From: the human T2T-CHM13v2.0 reference genome, Homo sapiens
DNA length: 64,000 nt
Assembly: GCF_009914755.1 (NCBI RefSeq)
Contig: NC_060935.1
Strand: one strand, 5' to 3'
Shown in pieces: positions 1-11,949 of the stretch. Positions within the stretch are counted from its first letter, which is position 1. Each line of letters opens with the position of its first letter. The position numbers and the translations under genes are program-made. The notes beneath the pieces are model-generated. The model was given only the letters and a program-made list of their open reading frames with translations, was not told where the DNA came from and did not search any database.

Positions 1-120
1 TTCTTTTGTGCCAGTCAAGAAAGGCCTTAAGGTCAGCACAAATTCAAGGGGAGGTAAATAGTTTCTACCTCTCAGTGGAAGAAGTAGCAAAGAATTTGTG
101 ACCATCTTTAATCTACTGCA
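1..120 (-). mobile_element. Old MaLR (MLT1-type) LTR fragment
   Basis: ATTCAAGGGGAGG..AAATAG..CTACCTCTC..GCAAAGAATTTGTGACCATCTTTAATCTACTGCA resembles the reverse-complement start of MLT1 LTRs. Confidence 0.55.
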
Positions 121-332
121 GTCATATAGTGGATGAACTCAAGAAAATATATAAGTTCTTTGAGTTCTAGGCCAAGAGTGACAATACTCTAACCAGCTTT
201 GTTAGCCTCCTGTTGCACTGGTCCCTGAAGCTACCAACAAGGTATGCATGAGGTTCACTCTAAGTCAGAAGGTTAACTTGACTAGCTCAATGAATCTCAG
301 TATTCACCTCACAACAGAATTATCTGGGAAGT

Positions 333-741
333 TGTCTTAGTCCATTTGCGTTGCTACAAAGGAATATGTGAGGCTGGGTAATTTATAAAGAATGTATGTT
401 TATTTGGTTCACAGTTCTACAGGCTGTACAAGAAGCATGATTTCAACATCTGCTTCTGCTGAGGGCCTCAGACTTCTTCCACTTATGATGAAAGTTTAAG
501 GGGAACTGGTATGTGCAGACATCACATGGCAAGAAAGGAAGCATAAGAGAGAGGAGAAGGCTGTCATGCCCTTTTTAACAACCAGTGCCCACAGGAACTA
601 ACAAAGTAAGAACTCACTCAATAACTCAAGTGTGACATCAAGCCGTTCATGACCCACATACCTCTCACTAAGCCCCATCTCCAACATTGGGGATCAAATT
701 TCAACATGAAGTTTGGAGGGTCAACTATCCAAACTATAGCA
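333..741 (-). mobile_element. MSTB-type MaLR solo LTR
   Basis: TGTCTTAGTCCATTTGCGTTGCT...CAAACTATAGCA; TG..CA termini; 5-bp TSD GAAGT/GAAGG. Confidence 0.88.
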
Positions 742-779
742 GAAGGTTTGTTTTGATTTGATTTGTTTTGTTGTGTTTT

Positions 780-895
780 TCATATAGATGTCTGGGTATC
801 TCCTCTACAGAGCCTGATTAAATTGGTCTGTTGGATTTGGGTAGTGTTATTTTTTAAGTTTCCCAGATGATTCTCAGCCCAGGGTTGAGAATGAC
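780..895. mobile_element. MER5B (hAT-Charlie) right part; left part at ~296-332, split by the MSTB LTR
   Basis: CTGATTAAATTGGTCTG...TTCCCAGATGATTCT..CAGCCCAGGGTTGAGAATGACT. Confidence 0.65.
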
Positions 896-1871
896 TTATG
901 GCTTCTTCTTGGACTCAGGAGACTGCATAGATGGGTGCTATGGAGTGAGGAGCACCTTCTGGGGTTGTGGTGGGGTCAGAAGTAACTGAACAGGATCTAA
1001 CAGGTTTGGGAAAGCCTCTTATAACACAATTCACAATTTTCTAACCTGTTTAAACACACATATGCAATATATTTGTGTGTGCATGCATGTGTGTATATAT
1101 ATATCTTTATAAATTTCATTATACTTGTAATATTTGTATAATAATATAAAAATATATTTATATTTATAAATGTAACTTTAATCACTGTATAGTATATTAG
1201 CTTGTAAATTACCTAACTATTCCCATCTTCTCAGATATTTGTGATTGTTATTGTTGTTGAAATAAAACTAATATTTTTTAACACTTAGCGCTTTGCTTCT
1301 CTTGAATTATTCTCTGAGGACTCATTTGCCAGGGTAGAAATCTGAGTTTTCAGAACTCTTGGTTCTGATGCTAAATTAACCATGTGATCTTGGTCAAATT
1401 AGTTCACCTCCTTTGGTTTATATATTGAAGGGATTGAGACATATGGTCCTTTCTAGATCTAAAATGCTTTGACCTCAGGGGTACATCAGCAGGGGTGCCA
1501 CATTGCGCAATTCCAGGACACCAATATTGAACAGCCAAGCAGACACATGCAGTTTTAGGAATTTTCCTTCCTAAAAGTCTTACCCTGTAATGCCCATCAC
1601 ATGGCTGAGACACCTGGGTTTTACTGCAGATTGATGAAATCTCTGGTACAACAAATACCCACTCAGTTAAGTGACTGATGTTTTCCTTTCAGGCTAGCTG
1701 ATCTTTTTTGTTTTTTTTTTTCCAGAGGATGATATCTGGGGCCTTACCCTTACCAGTGACCTTCCACACTCCCTTCCCCACCCCTACTCCCTACCCACAG
1801 CCCCTTAGATTTACCAGTGTTTTAGGAAAAGCCACAGGGATGACAAGGATCCGGAGCAATGCCTTTTAAAC

Positions 1872-1970
1872 TTGAGAAAATGCCCAGAGAGTTCTTTAAA
1901 ATACAGATTCATAAGCCTCCATATCAGAGGTTCTGACTCAATAGGTCTGAGATATGGCCTCAGAACTTGT
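1872..1970. mobile_element. MER5-family fragment
   Basis: TTTAAAATACAGATTC..AGAGGTTCTGACTCAATAGGTCTGAGAT. Confidence 0.55.
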
Positions 1971-1973
1971 ACT

Positions 1974-2039
1974 GTTTTTGTTTTGTTTTGTTTGTTTGTT
2001 TTCAGACAGGGTCTTACTTTGTCACCTAGGCTGGAGTAC
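1974..2039 (-). mobile_element. Heavily 5'-truncated Alu with a tail degraded to GTTTT/GTTT repeats
   Basis: AGACAGGGTCTTACTTTGTCACCTAGGCTGGAGT preceded by T-rich tail. Confidence 0.8.
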
Positions 2040-2715
2040 CAAGCTGTCCATTGAGGCTGATGCTACATTTTTAGTATAAGTAGGCTAAAGCAATCTTAAT
2101 CAGTAAAAAGTGACCTTTTGAATTCATTGTTTGCTTCTATTTCCTACTCATCTGCTCTCCCACTTGGCCTCCAGGTTTGCTATGTATGCAAAATGTCTCT
2201 ACTGAGTAGGAAAAGTGGGATGGCAGCCATTTCCCTGCTCCTGAGGTCAACATGACCTAAGGACTTCAGCAAGCCCAAATATGTACAACAGTATCCGGCC
2301 CACTCGCGCCTGGAGGGGGCCATGCTGGTAGACTCAGTCCGGCTGCCCAGCAACAGTGATTCTGGCTAATGGCTCCCCGTTGGAGCAGTTTCCTGAGGTT
2401 CCTGCTAATCCTGTTATTTGCAAAGAGCCAAAGCCCCCATAACAGCAGTTTTAAAGCTTGCTTCTGGCTGTATTAAGTTAGACCTTGCAAGGGAGATGAA
2501 GGCAGCAGCATCCGACACTGAAGAAATGGCTCCAGAGGAAAAGAGCCAATATCCATGGGTCCTCTGTATTGATCTCTTTCTTTGCCTCTCCTGGAACACC
2601 CACTTTGCTCTCTTTTGGCTGCTTTAAGTCTATTCCAAATACCACCAGAGAACATATTAATTCCTTTTTAGTCTGAACTGGGGATGGGAAACTTCCTTAT
2701 TCAGAAGAAATCAGG

Positions 2716-3262
2716 TGTGGTAACTACTATTGATTGCCTTGTATTTATTTTCCACTTCATCCCTTTCCTTCCAAGGAATGTTGATATTATTCCAACCCAA
2801 GGAATCCTGAGTTTATTTCTGTTTCTGCTCTCTTCCATTCAGTCACATGCTTCAAGGGTGGTTGTTCTAAGTCAATCATGGTGGTCTTATTTTCCATATT
2901 AGTGATTGGTTTAGGTATGAGCATGGAACATAATTCTGGCCAATGAGACCTGAAAGGAAGTCCACCAGGAAGCTTCTAGAGATACAGAGGAAGAGGTATA
3001 CAGGAAGAGATCTCTTCTTCCTTTGCATGTTGACATGTCTGGTGTGATACCTGGAACTGTGGAACTATCTTGTGACCATGAAAAAAGCTGGTCTGAGAAC
3101 AAAACTGACGTACTGAAGATGGAAGAGTATCAGAATGGAAGAACTTAGGTCCCTAAACAATTGAATGCCCTACCTCAAGACTTCCTCTTGCATAAGATAA
3201 TAAATATTTTATTAGTTAAGTAACTCAGACTTGTGATTTTTCTACCACTTGTATCTAAAGGA
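2716..3262 (+). mobile_element. Old MLT1 (J/K-like) LTR
   Basis: GTGATTGGTTTAGGTATGAGCATG..TTCTGGCCAATGAGAC; GATACCTGGAACTGTGG..ATCTTGTGACCATGA; AATAAA near 3' end. Confidence 0.7.
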
Positions 3263-3818
3263 TATATACATATACATGCATATATGTGGAAAACACTTAC
3301 TAACATATGAGAAAACAAAACAACACCCAAAACTTATACACAGGCAAGAAAGAACTTTACAGGGTTCAGATATCTGATTCAAACTCTAAAGGCAGACTTC
3401 ATGGCACAATTCACAGGACATCTAATTCTACTTATCATTTCTCAGCCATCCAGACCATTGACCCAGGAAGAGAAAGGCTGGTGCAATGCCAGTGTGTGGC
3501 ATCTCGGCTCCTCGCAGATCCAGCTTCCTAGTCCTTGCTTGGTGTAAATTTCCACTTGGCAGTGGGTTTTGCTCAGAGGGTGTCCTCTTCAGCCTTCGTG
3601 GGCCCTGCCTGACCCCAGCACTCTGAAGGAGGATGGGATATGTATCTCTGGCTCCTAAGGATTCTTCTTTCTGGGCTTCAGGTCAATTGCACTGACTTTG
3701 AAGAGAGCTTTGTTCTGAGCAGTCTCTAAAAACATCTGAAGACTTGCTGTGACGTATTACTTTCTTTCCTATCCAAATTGACTAAAGCATATATAAGAAA
3801 AGCAATGATCTCTTTTTC

Positions 3819-3887
3819 TTTTTCCTTTCTTTTCTTTTCTTCTTCTTCTTCTTCTTCTTCTTCTTCTTCTTCTTCTTCTTCTTCTTC

Positions 3888-3918
<31 letters not shown>

Positions 3919-4225
3919 AGTCTCCCTCTGCCACCCAGGCTGAAGTGCAGTGGCATGATCTCAGCTCACTGCAACCTCTGCCCCCATTGCCCCGCTACTC
4001 CTACCACCCCACCCCGCCAGGTTCAAGCAATTATCCTGCCTCAGCCTCCCGAATAGCTGGGACAATAGGTATGCACCACCACGCCTGGCTAATTTTTGTA
4101 TTTTTAGGAGAGATGGGGTTTCTCCATGTTGGGCAGGCTGGTCACAAACTCCTGGGCTCAAGCGACTCATCCGCCTCAGCCTCCCAAAATGCTGGGTTTA
4201 CAGACATGAGCCACCATGCCCGGCC
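3819..4225 (-). mobile_element. Full-length Alu (J/S type) with (GAA)n tail and internal C-rich insertion
   Basis: Alu body 3918-4225; TSD ATCTCTTTTTC at 3808-3818 and 4226-4236. Confidence 0.95.
3837..3908. repeat. (TTC)24 / (GAA)24 trinucleotide microsatellite
   Basis: 72 bp of uninterrupted TTC. Confidence 0.98.
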
Positions 4226-6684
4226 ATCTCTTTTTCCTAATGAAAGTCAAACCCAGATATTCAAAGTAGCCCTTGGATGTAGTGTTGAACCTGCATGTGA
4301 AAAGCAATCACTGTGCCTCATGTCTCTGACTCAGGTCACCACAGAGTCACCTTTTTCACTGCCCTGGCTGCCACCACCACACTGGGCTGACTGGGTGGTG
4401 GCATTCCCCCTTTAATGAAGATAGGACCCTCTCTAATTATTCATAGCCCCTGTGAAATTGGGCTAGAACACTTGAGTAGGCTGTTGTAAAGTCTCCAAGA
4501 TAACAAAAACGAAACAAAATAACAACACTAGAGTACCAGTTTGTATGGCATAGTTTGTTCACCTTCGGTTGGGTTCCTGCCCTTGCAGTCTATGTGTATC
4601 ACTGAGAAACAAATATGTACACTAAAAATGATAGTATTGGGAATTACATATAGAGTCATGAAATAAACCAAGGAAATTTGGTGTTTGTTGTTTTCCAATA
4701 GTCTACACTCCAGTAGTGGACACAACATGAGTTATTTCCCAGAAGCCTTTCCCACTAAATTCCCCAAAGTATAAATACATACCTGAACTACTGACAGTGA
4801 GCAGGAGGAGGCTTTGATTGCAGGTGCCACCTCTAGAATATTCCTGAATCAAGGCTGCATGCAATAGGATTATGTATAAAATATTCTAGGAGAAGACAGA
4901 AAGGGGTAGGAATTGCTTAGGGATAAAGACGATATTAACACATATAAGGCAATTAAGTTTAGAAAGGTAGAGATAAATCCTTTTTTTTGGCAGAGAAAAA
5001 GACTGTAGTCTTGGAGGATAACAGAAGAACAGTTTATATCAACTAATATTTGAGCTCCTTGAATAAAGGACTTATCCATTTTGTCTGCTTGACAGTGAGT
5101 GAATGAATACATGGCAGAAGGCTTATAAAACCTAGAGAGAAATCAGGATATAGGTGAATATAATCATATTTTGTTGCAAAATTCAAATGAGATCCCATGG
5201 TGAAATTGGAGGGGTAGTTTCTAGTAGTTAAAAACAGATTTCCAGAGAATAAAAGGAGAGACAGTTCAACTTGTTTTAGGAGACTAGTATAATCTTGGTA
5301 TCTAAACAGATAAACACTGTATAGAAAAAGAAAATTATAGATCAGTCTTATTGAAAGCATGCATATAAAGCATGCATGGAAGCATTCTAAATAAAATGTT
5401 AACTACTTAAATTCAGCAGTTTTAAATAATATAAACTAATCAAATACAGCTTATCCCTGAAATTCAAAGTTGTTGTTAGAAAATCTATCAATAAAATTTG
5501 CATTAAAAAAGGAGCAAAATCATAATCATTTTAATAAGCACAAAAATACTAAACGTTCAAAAGAAATCATTATGTTATAAAAACTTAGCAAACTAGAAAT
5601 GAAATGGGACTTCTGTTTGCAAACTTTTGATGCAATGAAGGGTATCTAATAAAAACTTAAAACAAATGTCCACTATTCAGTGATATGCTGATGGTCTTAA
5701 TGCAATAAGACAAGAAAATGAAACTAGATATATGGTTTGGAGATGATGAGAGAAAATGTCATCATTTACAGATAATGTGATCTTTTATATAGAAAATCCA
5801 TAAGACTCTGCTCTTATGACATATCAAGACTGCATGTTTTTGAAAATTAATCTGCTGGAGTATGTTAAACTTCCTTGTGTATATATTTTAAAAGAATAAA
5901 ATATGCCTTTAACCATGTTCTTAATTTTAAGAGAACTGCACATTTCTTTTACAGGATGAGATGGAGACAGAGAAGGAATGTCATAGTGAATCACTCATCA
6001 CCAAAGTTGTTTATAATAAACATCTTTACAAATTTAGTTTTCCATAATAAAGATATGCTAGCTTCAAAGTTACAAGTCAACAGTCCTTAGAACAAACAAA
6101 ACAAATATATGAATAGTGTAGGAAAGCTTTTGGTCTTTTTAGCAAACAGATTTAGGGAGAAGCTCAACTTTATTCTAGCAAGATTTAGATTAAATATAGA
6201 ATTAACTTAATTTTTAAGATAATCAATTTATAAATAAATATCAATCTCTTATTATCTAAGAGTATGTAATAACTAGCTGAGTATTTGTCTTTTGAAAACA
6301 TATAAATCAATCTTCTACTTTTCAAACATTCTATTTAAGTTGTCATCTGAAGCCTGTACTTTCTATATTCCACATTATTTCAGGCCATGTCTAAATTAAA
6401 GAATATGGAGCTTAACATTCATGTTTCCACACATCAGAGAACCCATTTAAAACTATGAAAAGAGCAAGAAGTTTGCTGGATCAACATACAGAAATCAATA
6501 CAATGCCCATACATTAGTAATGATCAATTTGAAAAAGGCAATAGGCAAAATTATCTCAACAGCAAAAACAGCTATAAAGTTGCCTGGAAATACAACAAAA
6601 GATGGATAAGATCTATGGAGAAAGACTCATAATTGTTATTGAAGGACAAAAAATAAAGCATGAGGAAAAAAAGAGATATACCAC

Positions 6685-7158
6685 TGACAGGGGTTAAGCT
6701 GTATCTCTCTAAAAAATATGTCCAAGTCCTAACTCCAGTACCTTGGGATGGGGCTTTATTTGGAAATAGGATCATTGCAGATGTATTTAGTTAATATGAC
6801 ATCACAATGGAGTGGACTGGACCCTTAATCCAATATGACTGATGCCCCTATTAGAAGAGAGAGAGACACAAGGAGGAAGATGGCATGTGAGGTCACAGAC
6901 ACAGAGAGAGGAAGATGGCCATGTGAAGATGGAGGGAGAAATTGAGAGATTAGAGTCATGCTTTCACAAGTTGAAGAATGCCTGGAGCTATCAGAGGCTG
7001 AAACAGGCAAAGGAGGATTCTCCCTTAGAGAGAGCACAGCTCTGCCAACACCTTGATTTCAAACGTTTAGCCTCCTGAACTGTGAGACAATACGTTACTG
7101 CTCTTTAAGCCTCTCAGTTTGTGACACTTGGTTAGGGCAGCCCTAAGAAACTAATACC
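6685..7158 (+). mobile_element. MLT1C-like solo LTR
   Basis: TTATTTGGAAATAGG..CCCTTAATCCAATATGACTG..GCAGCCCTAAGAAACTAATAC; TSD ACCAC at 6680-6684 and 7159-7163. Confidence 0.85.
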
Positions 7159-7290
7159 ACCACTTACAATGAAGGGAATAGTTTGATATCACAAATACTC
7201 ATTCTTTCATTCAACAAATATTTATTGAGCTCCTGCAACACACCAAACACACAAATAATTCTTCAGTTAATAAAAAAAAGATTAAAATCT

Positions 7291-7774
7291 TGTTACCAAG
7301 CAATCAATGGGCTCACTGCTCCATGCACTTAGAGGTCGATACCATGGCACATGCCTTTGAGAAAAGAAAAGCTTCATTGCAAGTAGACTGGCAAAGAGAC
7401 AGGAGGAAATGCTCAAATCTGTCTGCCTGAGCTCAGGGCTGGGGTTGGTTTTATAAATGTAGGGTAATGAAGCGTAATCTTATTGGATCCTGCAATTAGG
7501 TGATGCTAGGAGGCATGATTTGACTGGATCCTGCCATGGGATGATGCCTGGGCTCAATCTCATTGGATTCTGTGTCCTGCCATGCAATGTCAGCTTCTTA
7601 ACTCAGTTCCAGCTCCTCAGTCCCAGCAGTTAGGTTCCACTGGTGGTTGCACACTTGGTTCATCTGAGCATGCTCAGGTTATGTGACCTTAAACCCAGGG
7701 GTCCATGGGAACTTAAAAACAACTCACAATTTTGCTACAGAAAAGTTGAACCAGATTGATCTGGCACAGTTACA
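7291..7774 (-). mobile_element. ERV solo LTR, LTR47-like
   Basis: TG..CA termini; reverse complement starts TGTAACTGTGCCAGATCAATCTGGTTCAACTTTT..AACCTGAGCATGCTCAGATGAACCAAG. Confidence 0.7.
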
Positions 7775-8512
7775 GTCTCAGACCTCAGGAAGCTTCTATG
7801 TTAATTTGAAAAACTGATTCTGAAATTTTTATGGAAAAGTAGAGCTCCAAGAATAGAACAAAAAGATATAAAACTGTGTGGTATTGGTACAAAAGAAGAC
7901 AAATAAATAAATGGAATTCAACAGAAAACCAAAAACAAACTCATGCATATATGGTAACAATGTGTGATAGATATGTAATAGATTTGTCAGTAAGAAATAA
8001 ATGAACTATTTAATAAATGGGGTTGAGAAAATTTATTATACCTGATAAAAGATATACACATAGCTTAAAGTGTGCAATTTAAATCCATTGATTCAAGAAA
8101 ATATCATAAATTATTTTTAGGACATTTGCATGAAGAGGGATTTTCTTAACACACACACATCCAATGTTTTTTAAAAGAACAGAAAAATATGACTATAAAA
8201 TGGAAAGTTTATGCCAAAAGACATTACAAAGTTAAAAGATATAAGCAGACTAGAAGAAAATATTTATAATACATATAATAGAGGAATGGCATCCAACATA
8301 CATAAATAAATTTTTACTAATCAATAAAACAATAACCCAACTTAAAGAATAATTGAATGGCTGGAATATACAATTTACAGAAGATAAAATATAAAAATCG
8401 AGGTTTAACTCAATAGTGATCAAGGAAATTCGAATTAAAGAAGAAACCATTTCACCTATCAGATTAGGAAAATGTTAGAGTATGATGATATTAAATGCTG
8501 GGGTAGGAATTG

Positions 8513-8900
8513 TGTATTAGTTTTCTATTATTGCCACAAATTTCGTGGCCTAAATTGTTTATCTTATGGTTCTCTGAGGCAGAAGTCCAGTAAGGGTCTC
8601 ACTGGACTAAAATCCAGGTGCTGCAGGCAGGGCTGCATTCCTTCCTGTAGTCTCTAAGGGAGATATTTTCCTCGTTTTTTTCTAGCTTTTGAGGACTCTC
8701 CCTGCTCCTTGCATATAGCATCTCCATTTCAGAACTAGCAACAGAGCATCAAATTCTTCTCATGCTGCCATCTCTTTCTGACCACAGCTAGGAAAGGTTT
8801 TCTGCTTTTAAGAACTTAAGTGATTTGGCTCACTTGGAAAATCCATGATAGTCTTCTATCTCAATGTTAGCTGATTAGCAACCTTAGTTGCATCTGCAAA
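8513..8900 (-). mobile_element. MLT1 (D/E-like) LTR, partial
   Basis: TGTATTAGTTTTCTATT..GGGTCTCACTGGACTAAAATC..GGCAGGGCTGCATTCCTTC..GCTGATTAGCAACCTTA. Confidence 0.8.
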
Positions 8901-8939
8901 CATCTTATTTTGGTTACTGCAATATGTATGTGTGTGTGA

Positions 8940-11730
8940 AAGTGTGCATAGGCACAATGAAACCAAAAGCAAAATATGGGCTGGGTGCAGTGGCTCACAG
9001 CTGTAATCCCAGCACTTTGGGAGTCCGAGGTGGGCAGATCACTTGAGGCCAGGAGTTCAAGATCAGCCTGGCCAACATGGAGAAACCCCGTCTCTCCTAA
9101 AAATATAAAAATTAGCCGGGCATGGTGGTGCGCACCTGTAATCCTGGGTGACAGAACAAGACTCCATCTCCAAAAAAAAAAAAAAAAAAAAAAAAAAGCA
9201 AAATATGAACATATCCATCAACCCCAGAAGCCCAGAGTCTTCCTTGTGTGCTTTTGTAGTGCCTTTCTCCCACCTTCTTACTCCCGCCTTCCTCCTCTCT
9301 AGATAACCACTGATTTGCTTGCAGTCACTGTAGACTTATTTGCATTTTCTAGACTTTTATATAAATGGAATCATACAGTATGTGCTCCTTTTTGTCTGGC
9401 GTCTTTCAAACAGCATAATGATTTTGTGACTCATGTTGTGTGAATTGATTGTTCATTCCTTTTTATTGCTGAGTATTTTTTCATGGACTACAACAACTTG
9501 CGTTCGTACATTAATAGACATTTGGGTTGGTTATTTTGCCATTGGAAATAAAGCTTCTATGATTATTCATATACAAATCTTTGTATGGACAAATGCTTTC
9601 ATTTTTCTTGGATAAACATCTAGCAGAAAAATGACTGGATCATATGGTAGACACATGGTTAACATTTTAAGGAATTTCCAGTTTTCCAAAGTGGTTGTAT
9701 AATTGTACATTCCTAGCAGTGGTGTAGGAGAATTCCAGTTCCTCCACATCCTCCCAAATACTTGGTATATGTGGCATGACTAGCCTTTTTAATTTCAGTC
9801 ACTTAAATAGATTTATAATTCATTATAGTTTTAATCTGCATTTCTCCAATGACTAATGATGTTGACTTGAATCTTTGTAAATTTATTGAAACTTGTCTTA
9901 TGATCCAGAATATAATTTGTCTTTGTATATGTTCCATGTCCACTTAAAAATAATGTGTATTCTACTGTTTTTGGCTGGGTGTTCTATAAATGTCAGTTAG
10001 GTGAAGATGCATGCTAGTATTATTTTTCATCCAGTTTGACTATCTCTGCCTTTTTTTGGAGTAAATAGACCTTGTTTAATGTGCTTATTGATGTGGTGAG
10101 GTTTAAATTACCATCTTGTTCCTACTTTCTATGTGTCTATGTGTCTCATTTATTTTTTCCATTTTTCTTCTTTCAAAGGCTTCTTTTGATTTAATTATTT
10201 TTATTATTCCATCTTATCTCTTTTATTGATGTTTTAGCTATAACTATTTGTTTTGCTTAGTGGTTGATTTAGGTTTTATAGCACACATCTTTAATTTTTC
10301 TCAATCTACCTTCGCTTATAGGATACCATTTTACATATAGTATAATAACCTTCCAATAGCATCCTTCCATTACTTTCCTTCTGAATTTTGTCATATATTT
10401 TACCTCTGTATATGTTATAATCTCTGCATTATATTATTATTGTTGTTTAACAGTCAGTTACATTTAAAGAGATTTAAATAATAGCAAAAATCTTATATGT
10501 TTATCCATGAAATTACTATTTCTGTTGTTCTTTATTTTTCTATGTAGGTACAGATTTTCATCTGGTATCATATTCCTCCTTTCTGAAAGATGGTCTTTAA
10601 TATTTCTTATAGTGCATATCTGCTGCTGAACTCTTTCAGCTTTTGAATGTCTGAAAATATTTTCGCTTTGCCTCTATGTTGGAAAGATATATTTCCCCTC
10701 ATTGCCTTAAATGTCTTTTCATTTGCATTTTTCAACAAGAAATCTGATGTCATGCTTATTTTTGTTCCTCTGTACATAGGTGTCTTTTTTCTCTGGCTGC
10801 TTTTAAGATTTTTTAAATCAGTAGTTTTGAACAATTTGATTATGGTATTCCTTGGTGTAGTTGCCTGCATATTTTCTGTGCTTGGAGCTCATTGAGCTTC
10901 TTGAATCTGTGGTTTCAAATTTTCACCAAGTTTGGAAAAATTTTGGCCATTATTTCTTCAAATACATTTTCTGCTTACACCTCTCTTTTGGTGACTCCAA
11001 TTGTATGTGCATTAGGCTGCTTAGAGTTGTCCCACAGTTCCCTGATGTCCTTTTCATCTTACTTGAGTCTTTTTTTTCTCTTTGTGTTCCATTTTGGATA
11101 GTTTTCATTGCTAGTCTTCAAGTACACTAAACTTCATTTTGCAATGTCTAATTTGTTGTTAGTCCTCCAAGTGTAATTTTTTAAATCCAATGGCTTGTAG
11201 TGTTCATCTATACAGGTTTTATTTTGGTCTTTAAAAAATTGGGGTCTTTCATGTTCCCGCTCGACATATTCAAGATTTTTATAGCTTTTTTTCTTATTCT
11301 ATCATTTTGAACATGTGGAATACAGTTCAAAATACTGTTTTAACATCCTTGTCTCATAATTCTAACAACTATGTTAGTCTTGGCTCAGTTTCAATTGATT
11401 GATTTACCTCCTCATTATGGCCTAGACTTTCTGCTTCTTTGCATGCCTGATAATTTTTGATTGAAAGCCAGACATTATGAATTTTACCTTGTTGAGTGCT
11501 GGATATTTTTGTATCTCTATAAATATTCTTGATGTTTCTTTCTGGGATTCAGTTAAGCTATTTGAGCATAGATTAATGCTTTCTGGTCTTTTAAGATTCA
11601 TTAGATGGGACCAAAGCAGCATTTAATTTAAAGACAGTTATTCCCCACTAATGAAGCAAGACTCTTCTGAATATTTAAACCAATGCCCCATGAATTATGA
11701 GATATTTAGTCTGGCTGGTGGGAATGGGGT
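8940..11730 (-). mobile_element. L1M element(s): 3'UTR and ORF2 C-terminus, endonuclease fragment, ORF1 relic and 5' region
   Basis: 3'UTR motif TATAAATGGAATCATACAGTATG; endonuclease segment 9870-10005; ORF 10607-10870 (TPRNTIIKLFK..YRGTKISMTSDF) resembles L1 ORF1p. Confidence 0.85.
8979..9197 (+). mobile_element. Alu (S-like) with ~90-bp deletion in the right arm
   Basis: CCTGTAATCC joined directly to TGGGTGACAG; A-tail; TSD AAAAGCAAAATATG at 8965-8978 and 9194-9207. Confidence 0.95.
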
Positions 11731-11949
11731 TCTATGCAAATGCTCCTTCAAAACAAGACCCTCGATCCATTTCTAACCAGATTTCCAGCTCCTAGGCAAA
11801 TTCCTATCCTACCTAACAACTATACTTCTCTGGCATAACACCTTACTCACTTGTATGATTGGACTCTTGGGTCCTCATAGTAAACTTCCCAAGGGAGATA
11901 GAAATACTATGTCATGAAACCCTGTTTTGCTTTGTTTTACAGGGTGCGT

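Larger units (their letters stand above)
5200..8510 (+). mobile_element. Degraded L1M ORF2 relic in pieces (~5200-5811, 6440-6684, 7795-8510), interrupted by later insertions
   Basis: Collinear decayed matches to L1 ORF2: AAAGAAAATTATAGATCAGTC (KENYRPIS), TCATTTACAGATAATGTGATC (LFADDMI), AAAACTGTGTGGTATTGGTAC (KTVWYW). Confidence 0.8.

Noticed and set aside
2300-2325. CTCF-like CCTGGAGGGGGCC
   Set aside because: Three mismatches to the core consensus
3726-4415. Poly-Glu/poly-Ser and Alu-like ORFs
   Set aside because: Translations of the (TTC)n tract and Alu sequence
10607-10870. ORF resembling L1 ORF1p
   Set aside because: Frameshifted, internally deleted L1 relic, not a functional CDS
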